NCBI RefSeq assembly: GCF_009914755.1
Contig: NC_060932.1
From: the human T2T-CHM13v2.0 reference genome, Homo sapiens
DNA: 64,000 bases
Direction: 5' to 3' (one strand)
Position 1 is the first letter of the stretch. Each line of letters begins with the position of its first letter. Both the position numbers and the translations under genes were made by a program. The notes under the pieces were generated by a model. That model made no database searches. It was given only the letters and a program-made list of their open reading frames with translations, and was not told the origin of the DNA. Below, piece by piece: positions 45,866 to 58,180 of the stretch.

Positions 45866-46176
45866 TTGTTTGTTTGTTTGTTTGTTTTGAGACGGAGTCT
45901 CGCTCTGTCGCCCCAGGCTGGAGTGCAGTGGTATGAAGCAAGCTCCGCCTCCCATGGGTTCGTGAATGGGAGTGAATGGGTTGACGACATTCTCCTGCCT
46001 CAGCCTCCCAAGTAGCTGGGACTACAGGTGCCTGCCACTATGCTTGGCTAACTTTATATATATATATGTATATATATATAATTTTTTTTTTTTTTAGTAG
46101 AGATGGGGTTTCACCGTGTTAGCCAGGATGTTCTTGATCTCCTGACCTCGTGATCTGCCTGCCTTGGCCTCCCAAA
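45866..46176 (-). mobile_element. 5'-truncated, internally rearranged AluY
   Basis: (TTTG)n tail, AluY diagnostics (gcaagctccgcctcc, gtgttagccaggatg) and a (TA)n linker. TSD caaatat(g/a)tactt at 45853-45865 and 46173-46185. Confidence 0.93.
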
Positions 46177-46351
46177 TATATACTTCTTGAATATGAGATA
46201 TGGTAACCTAATATTACTTTCCTAAGTTACAACTCCATTTATTTTCTACTGAAAGATATTCCTTCACAAGTCAATTATAAATAGGACATCTAAATACTTG
46301 TGTTTTCAAAGTGGGCAGTATAGGGCGAGGGTCCAACTTTCTGGGACTCAC

Positions 46352-46475
46352 CTCCCCTTCTGTAGATTGCAGATGGAGCTCCTTCCTGCAGGTGGCCTTG
46401 AAGTCTCCTGCAGCAGCACTCACCTGGACCCCACGGGGAGCTTCCATGATCAAGGATCTGGTGGGTGATTCAAGC
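46352..46475 (-). CDS. SGCZ: Zeta-sarcoglycan penultimate coding exon (probably exon 7, 124 nt)
   Basis: Reads ttgtttttcccttag|GCTTGAATCACCC...GAAGGGGAG|gtgagt and encodes (R)[41 protein letters not shown]. Lies inside track ORF 46271..46570. Confidence 0.97.
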
Positions 46476-49400
46476 CTAAGGGAAAAACAAAAAATCATTA
46501 ATAGGAAAAAAAAACACAAAAAAATCATTAATAGAAAAAAGAAAATTTTTGATAAACTAGAAGACAACATTGGTCAAAACAACAACCAGACAGACAGGCA
46601 TAAAGGAAAAGTCCTACCATTTTAGGCAAAGCCAGAATGAGTTTCAGAACAATTTTTGATTGACGTATCTATTTTTGGCTCTTTATAAAAATCTACATTT
46701 ATTCACATCGAGTATTTACTCTCACTTTCATGACAATTTGCTTATGGTTTCTTTTGTTGTTTCCCCTCAGAATGCTCATGAAAAGTAGGGTGTGATAAGT
46801 ATACTTGCTAAAATTTTTAATAACTTACCAGTATATAACTTACTAGTATTAATGATGGAGGTTTAATAAAAAATTTACAGTTTAGGATGTAGATATATGT
46901 ATTCCTCAATAAAGAGTCCCTGTCTTGTAAACATGAATGCTTTAATGAAAATTGTTAATATTGCACACTTTCAGGCATGTGCAAAATATTATGAACTTGA
47001 CACCTCTAGAAACTGATTAAAATAATGAAATAAGACATTTTCTACATCAACTAATTCTGTTGGCCCCGTGAAATGTCCACAGAATGAGTGACATCAGTCT
47101 GTGAAAGAAAAATCAATAGGAGGGTAATATACAAGTACAAATGCGATTGAAGGTTGGCTACATAAATTAGGAGGGCAAGAAACAAGTGTTTTAGACAGTC
47201 AGAGTTGGGAGGCAGTTTTCAAACTATCTTCAAATATAACACTAGAGAAAAAGCAAAAATGACACAACACAGGAACTAGAATACAGTGGTAAAAAGTGCT
47301 AGGATGAGAAGAGGTAGGATCCATGCACTGGTCTTTTTAGATCAGCTTTCTGCCTTGGGGATGCACCTGCCTGTGATCGCCCTACCACAGGACTTTAAGA
47401 GGAGGGTCCCCTCGGGCTCACATTCACTGTTATCCAGCACAACTGGTTTTGTTTTTGTTTTCTGAGGCAATGAATTCAGAGTTGTTTTGCAGAAAGAACC
47501 ACCTCAAATGGTTAGGTCTCTGGAGTTCAGCTCCCTCTCAGCAAGAAAGTGAAACCTAAAAGCTTAAAAGTGATATGGAAGGAGTAGAGCCAGCATTTAG
47601 AAGTGGTTTCAACACTTCCATTTTCTTTTTTTTTCACTCACCAAAGCAACTTAAAAATTTTAATCCCTATGGGCCATTTGGAGATCTAGCTTCATATAAT
47701 CCCTGGAGGGGTGAGGTTTTGAATGTGTCTATTTTTAAGAAACGTCTGTATTTTTTTTATTAAAACTCCCCATATTTTCCATAGAATATTTGAAAACTTG
47801 AAGACAATCACTCACAATCCTACTGCTTAATAAAATTTACTATTAGCATTTTACGCACAGTATCTAAATGTCAAAATTTGAATGTTAAAATGTATTTTTT
47901 ATCACTGATTTTCCCTGATACACAACCCTTCTAGAACTACGCAGACTCTTAGCAACACAGTATCAACAATTAAATGTTGTCCCACTTCTCTCTTGTATGG
48001 AAACTCTCCTGTCCACTGAGGAGGGTTTCACAGACTTACTTACATTATAGTAGAGGTTTTCAATTAAACTATTCATGTTATTATAAAATATCGTCTAAAA
48101 AGCCTGTTGAAAAAGGAAACCCAAGTTTATTGGTACTACTTGTGGATTTCTATGTAATTAGTCAGTGAAATTAGTGAATTATAATTGTATTCATTTTTAT
48201 AATTGTATTCATTTGGAAAGCACTACAGCAAATATAGCAGTAAGTTTCAGACTGGCTTTCACAGTGGGTACCTGGGATTATGGCAGAGAGAAGGATAGTC
48301 CCTCTACCACCTGGTTTTTCAAAGCATTCTGTTTTTTTATGGTGTTTACGTATCAAAGATGCAACAAGATACAGTTTTTAAGGTGTTATGCAACTATCAA
48401 ATTAAAAAAAAATCTGTGGCCTAAATCTCTAGAATTCTCAACATTCAGAAAAAAGAAGAATTCAGACTTTAAAACAACCTAAGTTGCAAGAGGCAATTAT
48501 TAAATATTAAGCAGAACTTAAGCATCAGGAGAAACAGAAAGAAAGAGAGGGAAAAGGAAAGGAAAGAAAGCAAATACCCTACTTTATCATTATGTTCTTC
48601 TCATAGGTAGAAGAACACCAGCCAAGCAATTTACCCCTTTATTGAGGAAATGTCTCAGACAAAATCCTGACTGCTTAATAGAGTTTTTTTCCTTGAATAT
48701 ATTAATGATGTGTATTTATTAATGATGTGTATTAGAGCTATGTGTTTCTAGAGATTAACTTGGAGCCTGCAAACCTTAATATTTCTGTGTTAAGCTGTAT
48801 TTTTGCAACAATGAGAATTATGAAAAGATGCCAATTATATGATTAATCTGCACTTGGATTCTGTAAAATGAATTAACATTTATTTTCTTATTCAGTAGTT
48901 AATGGATCTCAGATCCAAAAAAAATCTTTAGGAAATGAGCACTGTATAATTAGTTTCATCACTTTTTACCATAGGTACAGAAACTCTTCAAACTGTAGTA
49001 ACTTAACTATATATTAACGTAAGAAATAAAAACAAACATTAGGCTGTTCTGGGCAAATTTACTGTTATGTCTTTGTTAACTATTTAACATGTTTTTTTTA
49101 GCCTTTTAAAATATAGACTCCTAGTACAAAACAGTATCATCTTATCTAAGAAAAATTCAAAGAAAATCCACAGTTTTAAAATGCACATGGAAACTAGCAC
49201 AGAACTTGAGAAATACTAGACACTCACTCATCAAACATCTGCTGAATAAATAAGTTATAGAAATCCACTACATTTCTTCACCAAAATATTAATACTCTAT
49301 TAATAAACTTTTGAAATGTATTTCTTTTCTAAAGTCTTTTTGTTCTTCACAATAACAAAACCAAAGAAAATGTGGCTACTTACTCCCTAAATTAACATTT

Positions 49401-50059
49401 TATTGACTTGGCCAACCAATGAAACCGTGTTGATTAGAAGTAGGCATCAACCAACAAACAGTACTTACCTCTCTGAAAGGAAAATTGTCAGCAAGGCTTG
49501 TAAAGTTTTTCTCAGACACCCTGCTTTTAATTTTCATTATACAAATAAATAATTGAATACCTACATAATTACTCTACTTTTCTTCTGTTTCAGTTTGGAA
49601 ATTTAGTAACACTTACCTTGGGGGTTGCCAGTCTGCTTTTAGAACCAGCTGATAAATCCAGCTTAGTGCAATGTTTACATAATGATGAATAATTAGAAAA
49701 TGAAAACCAGAAACACCATACACTAGATATAATATCATTCGCATTTTCACTTATGAATTGTGAAATATGTCAGCAAGATAATTAAAATACCAGTTGGTTC
49801 TTATTCCTCTTTTAACAAGACTTTCCACAGTAAAAATTATAAAATGAGCATATAGTTACCAAAACGTTAGAAATAAAAAAAAGTTCTTTAAGTATAAATT
49901 TAAGTAAATTTAAAAATACTTCTATAAATGTATTTTAAGTTTATTGAATAAATTGGTAAACAGCTGTGTCTATATTAAAACACAGATGAAAAAAATTGGA
50001 ATCAATGCTCTTCACATGTTCCTTTGTAATAACTGCAGCCACTTTCCTTATATCCCATT

Positions 50060-50230
50060 CATTTAGTTAATGTCCTCATTTTTCAGCTTTGCTAAGTTTC
50101 AGTAATTCACATTAACAAATACTTATTGCAACTAGGATGTGGTAAGATAACAGTGCTGGCTGCTACAGCATTAAGGATAAACAAGGCAGATGTGTATCCT
50201 GTTCTAATGGAATTTACAGTTTGTTAGGAG
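50060..50230 (-). mobile_element. L2 3' remnant
   Basis: attaacaaatacttattg...aaacaaggcagatgtgtatcctgttctaatggaatttacagttt. Confidence 0.6.
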
Positions 50231-50907
50231 AAGAAAGATACAATAAATATTTTCACAAAAGTTGTTGAATTCCTGCCTGAAAAAAGAGCCATAAATGAAG
50301 ACCGTAGCATCCTATGAGATGCTGTTTACACACACTCCTCAGCACTGCTGAATCCCTAGGGTTTCTATATAGAGTAGGTAATTATCATGTTGCTCTTCTA
50401 AAATAAGTCTTAGTCCTTGAAGAAGGCCACTTTTTTTCCTAATAAATATTGTTCCCTAGCTTGTTTGAATCTGTGTTACTCAAGTAGTGAGAAACTGAGT
50501 TGTTTAGGAAATTTTATCATAGGACTCTGACTAAAAAATTTACTGTTGTAAAGTATGGTTTCGTTGCCTTAAAGATTTTCAACTTTATTTATTTTTTGTT
50601 TCCATCTGAGTACATATACACTCATCCAATGTGAAGGGCTAAACAGCAATCCTTATGAAATAAAAAGGTTTTGTAACTTAATGTTTTTATTTTGCTTCCC
50701 AAGACACCAACTGTGTCTCTCAGGTTGATACTATGATCCAACTTTAAAAGTGACTTTTAGTATGTGACTAGTTTTTATCAGCACTATGTGCATCTTTCCT
50801 TTTCCTATACAATAGTAAGTGCATTTCAGAATGTAATTTAGCTATCATAAATTAATTATTATTAAACCATAAGTAATCACCAAATCTTACGTATTGAATT
50901 AAGAACA

Positions 50908-51223
50908 GGCTAGGCGCGGTGGCTCACGCCTGTAATCCCAGCACTTTGGGAGGCCGAGGAGGGCGGATCAGAAGGTCAGGAGATAGAGACTATCCGGAGC
51001 AACATGGTGAAACCCCGTCTCTACTAAAAATACAAAAAATTAACCGGGCACAATGGCGGGCGCCTGTAGTCCTAGCTACTCGAGAGGCTGAGGCAGGAGA
51101 ATGGCGTGAACCTGCGAGGCGGAGCTTGAGGTGAGTCGAGATAGCACCGCTGCACTCCAGCCTGGGTGACAGAACGAGACTCCATCTCAAAAATAAAAAT
51201 AAAAAAATAAATAAAAAAAAAAA
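50908..51223 (+). mobile_element. AluY/Sc-like, full length
   Basis: ggctaggcgcggtggctcacgcc...gaatggcgtgaacc...ggagcttg, followed by an A-rich tail. Confidence 0.95.
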
Positions 51224-51509
51224 ACATCCACTGAGCAGTTTTGTATTAGGGATCTAGATTTTATTATTTTGAATGTAATCAACAGTGGTAATAATTATCC
51301 TGGGAAGAATTCCCTATAATGTTGGAATTTTCCTGGGTAGTGAGAGCTTTTACATATAAATGCCTCCTAGAACCATCACACTGTCAGGACATAGCTTATT
51401 CCATTGGAAATATTAGACTGAGGAACCCCATCATAGTCCAGTTAAGTTCTGCCTTTGTCTGATTTGCTTCCATATTACCCTCTATATAATACTCCGTGGT
51501 CATTTATAG

Positions 51510-51934
<425 letters not shown>

Positions 51935-52134
51935 TAGTTCTTCTCACTTACTGTATAACTGCCTTTGCCTTTTCTTTTTTTTTCCACATTCTTCCTATCT
52001 AATATATTCATTTTTGTATTTATTTTAAGTATATTGGGAGAAACATTGTCTAGTTGTCTATTTTAGTTCTTCATATATTAAGGATTATCAACAATGATGG
52101 ATTTTATGCCACAGGTATAAGAGGAAGCCCTTAC

Positions 52135-52207
52135 CTGAGATCTTGGGATGGCTCTGCTCTGATGTGCGGCGTCTCCACAGAGTGCCCAAATACGGCTCCT
52201 TCAGTGC
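52135..52207 (-). CDS. SGCZ: Zeta-sarcoglycan internal coding exon (probably exon 6, 73 nt)
   Basis: Minus strand reads ...atgctacccccag|GCACTGAAGGAGCC...CAAGATCTCAG|gtaagg and encodes (G)TEGAVFGHSVETPHIRAEPSQDL(R), typical of the gamma/delta/zeta sarcoglycan extracellular domain. Its phase-2 end joins the next exon in frame. Confidence 0.97.
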
Positions 52208-52326
52208 CTGGGGGTAGCATGAATATAGCAGTCAGTATAAGCAAGTCCACACAGTGGCTTTCATCTCTATGTTTATGCATCAAATATTCTTCCAAAACAG
52301 AGAAAACTTAAAACAGGTACATATGA

Positions 52327-52682
52327 TGTATTAGTCCGTTTTCACACTGCTGATAAAGACATATCCGAGACTGAGAAGAAAAAGAGGTTTAATTGCACTT
52401 ACAGTTCCACATGGCTGGGGAGCCCTCAGAATCATGGCGGGAGGCAACAGGCACTTCATACATCGCGGTGGCAAGAGAAAAATGAGGAAGACGCAAAAGC
52501 AGAAACCCCTGATAATACCATCAGATCTCGTGAGACTTATTCACGACCGTGAGAACATTATGGGGGAAACCACCTCCATGGTTCAAATTATCTCCCACCA
52601 GGTCCCTCCCACAACACGTGGGCATTATAGGAGTACAATTCTAGATGAGATTTGAGAGAGGACACAGAGCCAAACCGTATCA
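52327..52682 (-). mobile_element. THE1 (C/D-like) MaLR solo LTR, same strand as SGCZ, 119 nt upstream of the 73-nt exon
   Basis: tgtattagtccgttttcacactgctgataaagac ... gacacagagccaaaccgtatca. Confidence 0.94.
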
Positions 52683-54747
52683 CAGGATATGAATGAGAAG
52701 AATTGGAAGAATAACACCAGGCAGGGAAGAGTCAATCAAGGTAAATCTAAATGTCATTATATTAACCAATTTTAAAATTAAATTATTTATAAAAGTCAAA
52801 AGTCAGTGAGTATTCCCACTCTCTCTTTAAAGAACAAAAGCTCATCTCTGTCCCCTGCCTTATTTTCCAGTTAAGTGAAATTGAGGGAGGGCTAAGTCAC
52901 AATACTCAATTCTGTGTTTCTATAAATAATAGCAGGTCATGAATGAAAATGTGGAGGTGAGTTCCAGTGTAGCCTATTATTGGTTTTTTAAAGACAAACC
53001 CTCATAGATGTTTAGCAGTTCTCACACATAGAGCTCCCACCTTTGATTACAGTAACCACGAAAAGCTAGAGAACATGTCATGTTACTTTGACCTCTCTGG
53101 AGTTAGGGCTTAATCTAAAATCATGAACTGCTTTAAATTCTGGTGTTATAGTTGGTTTCATATGGAATTGTAGCTTTCCGAAGAGGTCATATACTCTAAC
53201 ACTTTTCTCAGGAGGTTGAAGGATACTCTATCTCAACTTTCATTTACTGAATCCATTTTTTTCCAGATTCTCATAGCTTTTTCATAATTTAACTGAGCAA
53301 AATGGAAGGATACTTCAATTACCAAAATCAAGTGGAAAAAAAATGTTCCAAATAAGATGACATTGAGAAAATCTTTTCTGTAATTTTGCATAAATGTCTT
53401 TATCACCCTCAAAATAAACTTGATGATTTTGTTTTCTGGTCTAATCTTCTTCAAAGTTCTTGCTTTAAGAACCTCATACCTGTTCCATCAGTGGCTTCAA
53501 CACTAGATAAACTATACAATGTAATTTAAAAATATGTATTTGAAGCATACAAAACAAATCTGTTTTTGTCTAATGAGAAAAATCATGTAAAATATATTAA
53601 TTCAAGAGGCAATGATGAAATTGCCACTAGGAAATTAAAGCTAAAATTCCAATTCCTTAAAAATAAATTGCTATATATGGAAATGTATTAGAAGCATCAG
53701 ATGACTCCTTTGCATAATATAGCAATACAGACCTTGATCATGAATAGAACAGGAAGAGATTTTTTTTTCAAAGACTATATGATTTCATCTATATTATGCT
53801 GCTGAGGGCAAACTTACTTACCAGGTTCTGCTGCAGTAAATCCCTAAGATTACAGATTTCTGTTTATAAGCTAAAAGCTATTGGCATTTGTTGAACTCTT
53901 AATGGGCTTAATAGTGTTCTCTCTTCTCTCTCTCTCTGTCTCTCCTGAGACTCTGTAGGACATATGGTCCTTGTTTTTAAAACTTTTTTTCATGAATTTT
54001 GAGAAATTATTTAAGCGGTTTATTCTTTTGATATTTTGGAAGATATTTATTTTATTTCTACTAGTGGAACATTCCTCAAGATGGGTCTTTAAAAGTAAAA
54101 CAGTAGTTTGAGGTAACACTAATTTTGTGATTATAGTGGGGATAGCATTTGAAAGAATATTACAAGATATACATTTGTATATCTCAAAGAGAGACTCTGG
54201 CATTTTGTAATAAGATATGCATCCCAGAAAAGATAGTGAAAATTAATTTTTAAACTTTGCACATGGATAACTATTTCATGATTATGAAAATTTCCCAGAT
54301 AAGGTGACAGAAATATAATTAAACATCGGTAATATTTACTTTCAAATACATAATGGCATACTTACTAAGCACAAACTCTAGCAGTGAAAATAAAAATAAC
54401 AGAATGTCATCAAAGTTTAAATTTTCAGTGAGAATTAAAAACTGATAGAGGTCTCAATTCTGAGTGCCAATATAAAAATAATCATTTTTAAAGGATTCTT
54501 GAAGAAATAAATATGTAATCATACCACGTAAAGGGCGAAATTTTAAACTAAATAATACGAGTGATTAACAAAATGCAGGCCTCTAGAAAATGAGAAATTC
54601 ACTCTCCCTGTTTTTGTCCTGAATGAGCCAAGGGTACAAAATTAATAAGCAACACAGATAATCTTAAAGGAAATCAGTAAGGGATGATAAAAGCCACCTG
54701 AACCAGGTATGAAGTCTAACAGCATAAAAAAATTAAAAATCAGAAAA

Positions 54748-55053
<306 letters not shown>

Positions 55054-55111
55054 CTTTAAAAAAAAACTGTCTCTCTCAAGAATTGAAAATTTTTACCATG
55101 TAGATTACTAG

Positions 55112-55301
55112 TAGGGTTGTGAGATTTAGCAATTAATAATATATGACACTGAGCTCATTTGAATTTCAGATAAACATCAAATCATTTTTTAGTATAAGTA
55201 TAGGATATTTACAGGGGATATACTTATACTGAAAGCATATCTTGAGTAATCAAGTAAATTCAAAATTAGTAAGGCATCATATACTTGATCTGGAAACCCT
55301 A
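55112..55301. mobile_element. MER53 palindromic hAT-type MITE
   Basis: Termini tagggttg...gat and atc...aaaccccta-like (tggaaacccta). Internal inverted arms tttgaattt/aaattcaaa and agtataagtat/atacttatact. Confidence 0.85.
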
Positions 55302-57599
55302 ACAATTTGTCAACATTTGTTTGGTACATAAGGACAGATCTGACTTACTTATGCTCACTTAGAGAAAAGACAGACTGTCATGAATTCTCATATCACAGGC
55401 TCTAGAAACCATAGAAACAAAAAAGAAGGATAGACATAAAAAGGACAAAAGGAACACAACAGAGACACATATTAATATGTATATGTAAACTTATTGAATA
55501 AATGTTTGTTTTTCATTGCTATTTTAAGGGGCTGTTCAAAAGGGTACAATGTTCAACACTGCTTGATTATAAAATCCTACAAAGGATGTTTCAGATAATT
55601 TAAACTCACTACAATGTTACAAGACATAGGGAAAACCTATACTGTTGGCTACTGCAATTGTCAGAATAAAACTAAGAAAATTCAGGGTCCAAAAGTAGTA
55701 GAAACCATTCATATGATAATTTCTGGCTTCTGCAGGAAAGAATAAGGATGGCATATTCTGCTTTGCTGGAAAGGAGAAAAGGCAGATATGGATTATGGTC
55801 CTACTTTGTATTTAAAGACCGTTTAAGACATAAGCTAGGATACTACCCTTTACAAATGCCTAACATAAAATGCCACACGCTCAAAAACAAATTATTAAAA
55901 TTAAATGTAAGCACCTCTTCTGATGTGGCTATCTATATTCTAAATGCTATCTATACTATAAATGTTATATCCTACGCTACTCATTATTCACCGATTGACA
56001 TCCATGTATTTTTTACAGAAGTCACTGGTCCCAGAAGAAGAGGTAGCACAAGAAAAGGAAACCCAAGAAGCACCAGAGAGAAAGCAAACAACCAAGAAAG
56101 GCAAGAACACCTCACATTGAGAAAAAGAAAGTCAGGCAGGAAATTATATTTTTAAGTTATTTGACCTGATATTTGCCAAATGAGAACTTTTGCTGGCCTT
56201 TATTTTTCCAATAAAATCAACTATGATCATGAATTTTTTGAGTTTTTTTTTTTGTGGGGGGGGGGTGCAAAGAAGGGAATGGATTTTATGTAGATACCAA
56301 CATGATGTGAAAGAGCAACTACAAGAGGAATCCAGAGTCCATGGGGCAAAGGTTAACAGGACATAAACAGCTAGCCTCCCAGCCCTATGGCACTTGACAG
56401 GTATCTTAGCTTTTCAGGTCCAGGGATATTTTTCTAGATCTCAAGGAACAGAAGATTCCTATTTATTTATGATCTTCAAATTTGAATCTGTGTTAGTAAA
56501 TATATTCAAACTTTTTGGAAGTCTTCCTACCTTACTTTCTTTTTCTTTATTTGCTTCTGTTTCCCCCAAATCTAAATTGGTACTAAAATCTAGATTAAGC
56601 TGGGAATAGACTTGTCTTATTCCCAGGTTTACTTATAATTTGTTTTTAAATCTTGGCCAAGTATTTAAAGCCCTTTGGTTTTTATTTGTAAAATTAAAAA
56701 CCAGATCATGAATAACATGATCTCTAAGGTACTTGCAATTTCTAACAGAATTATACGATTATTTTTTCAAACACGTCAAAACTTGTATACTAATAACTCT
56801 TCTCATTCCTCCTTAAATACTAGTGGAAATGAGTTTGCAACTCCAGATCAACAGAAAATAAATTATTTTGGGGAAAGGATGGAGTAACAATACTGGAAAA
56901 AAATATTAATTGGCATTTATTGTATTCCATTAAAAAGGATTGCTTTGAATACTGAAAAATTTATTACCTCTCGAAAGAAGAAATGTCAACCTATTTCAAC
57001 ATATACTACATCTCCTATTTGTGTTATTTTAATAATCTAAGTGGTGTTTTTGCCTCCACTTACCACCACAAAATACAACCTATACATTGCTGGAGTGATT
57101 TTATCAAAACCATTGATATCTCACCTGTGCAAAAAGCTATAATTATTTTCCTGGACACTGCTTTTGCCCAGCATTCAATACTCCTGTAATCTGAGCCCAT
57201 TTGTGTGTTCAAACATCTTTTCTTCCACTTACGTATAAAATATCTTTACTAATTTTCCCACCTCTTAAGGCATATGCAGATTTCTTCATTCTCTGAACAT
57301 ATTTAGGGTTTACTGCCTGTAGTACTTGTCTTTAAACTACCATATCTATTCTTACATTTTATATTTTTAATTATAACAGTTGCTTACGTTTCAGGCCAAA
57401 AAAATTGAAGATACATTCCTTATATGCCATTGTATTCTTGCGCACCACATGATGGATGGGAGGTAATTAATAAATATTGATAAGGATCCAGATTTCCAGC
57501 CTTTTTTGAGTTTTCTCCTTTTGTTTTTTAATTCTAGTTTGATCAATGGTAAAACCATATTCCACACAACCAGGTGAACCCGGGAAGTATACTGAGATG

Positions 57600-58180
57600 T
57601 CCTTTCTTGTTCAACATCCTTATTAGCGTACTTGTTTCCACAGCTTCAATATCACATACATTTTCTGCTCATGATTCCTCCATACTGGTGCCAAATGATG
57701 TTCTAAAACACAAAATTGACTTTGTAACTCTCACTTAAAATATTTTAAGAACCCAGTGTCTGTAGAAGTCAAGCCCAGATTTCTTAGGATTTACTGCTTA
57801 GCAGTTGTGTGGATTTTACATTTCAGTGACAAGACAACTCATGAGAACCCCTTCTTGTTCTCAGCATATGCAACCTCTTTCTCCTCATTTGATGGTAATC
57901 TCTTCTCATTTTTCAAGATCTGAATCTAAATTATAGTATCTGTGAAACATTTTCTTGGTTCTTGCCGTTTGCTTCTCCTTCTGCCCAGTTGCCGCAGGTC
58001 CTTGTAAAAATTACTGGTATATATTTCTAACATTGCATTGCAATTTGCTTTAAGCTCTTATCCAGTAACTTACGACTTTCTTGAAGTCAAAGCCTGTCTC
58101 GATAACAGCTGTATACTTAGTACTGATCATGGATTCTGCTACATAGTTAAGGATCAGTAAATTAAAGAACATGAATAAAA
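57600..58180 (+). mobile_element. Degenerate L2
   Basis: ttctaaaacacaaaattgactttgtaactct and ttcttgaagtcaaagcctgtctc...acatagttaaggatcagtaaat. Confidence 0.5.

Noticed and set aside
46311-46625. 104-aa plus-strand ORF
   Set aside because: Antisense shadow of exon 7 plus the A-rich complement of the polypyrimidine tract.
53810-53900. Gene-strand donor-like CTG|GTAAGT at about 53821
   Set aside because: No convincing upstream acceptor and no sarcoglycan-like reading frame.
55748-56155. 135-aa ATG ORF antisense to the intron
   Set aside because: No recognisable domain, a low-complexity basic tail from A-rich DNA, and no exon or promoter evidence. One such ORF in 64 kb is plausible by chance.
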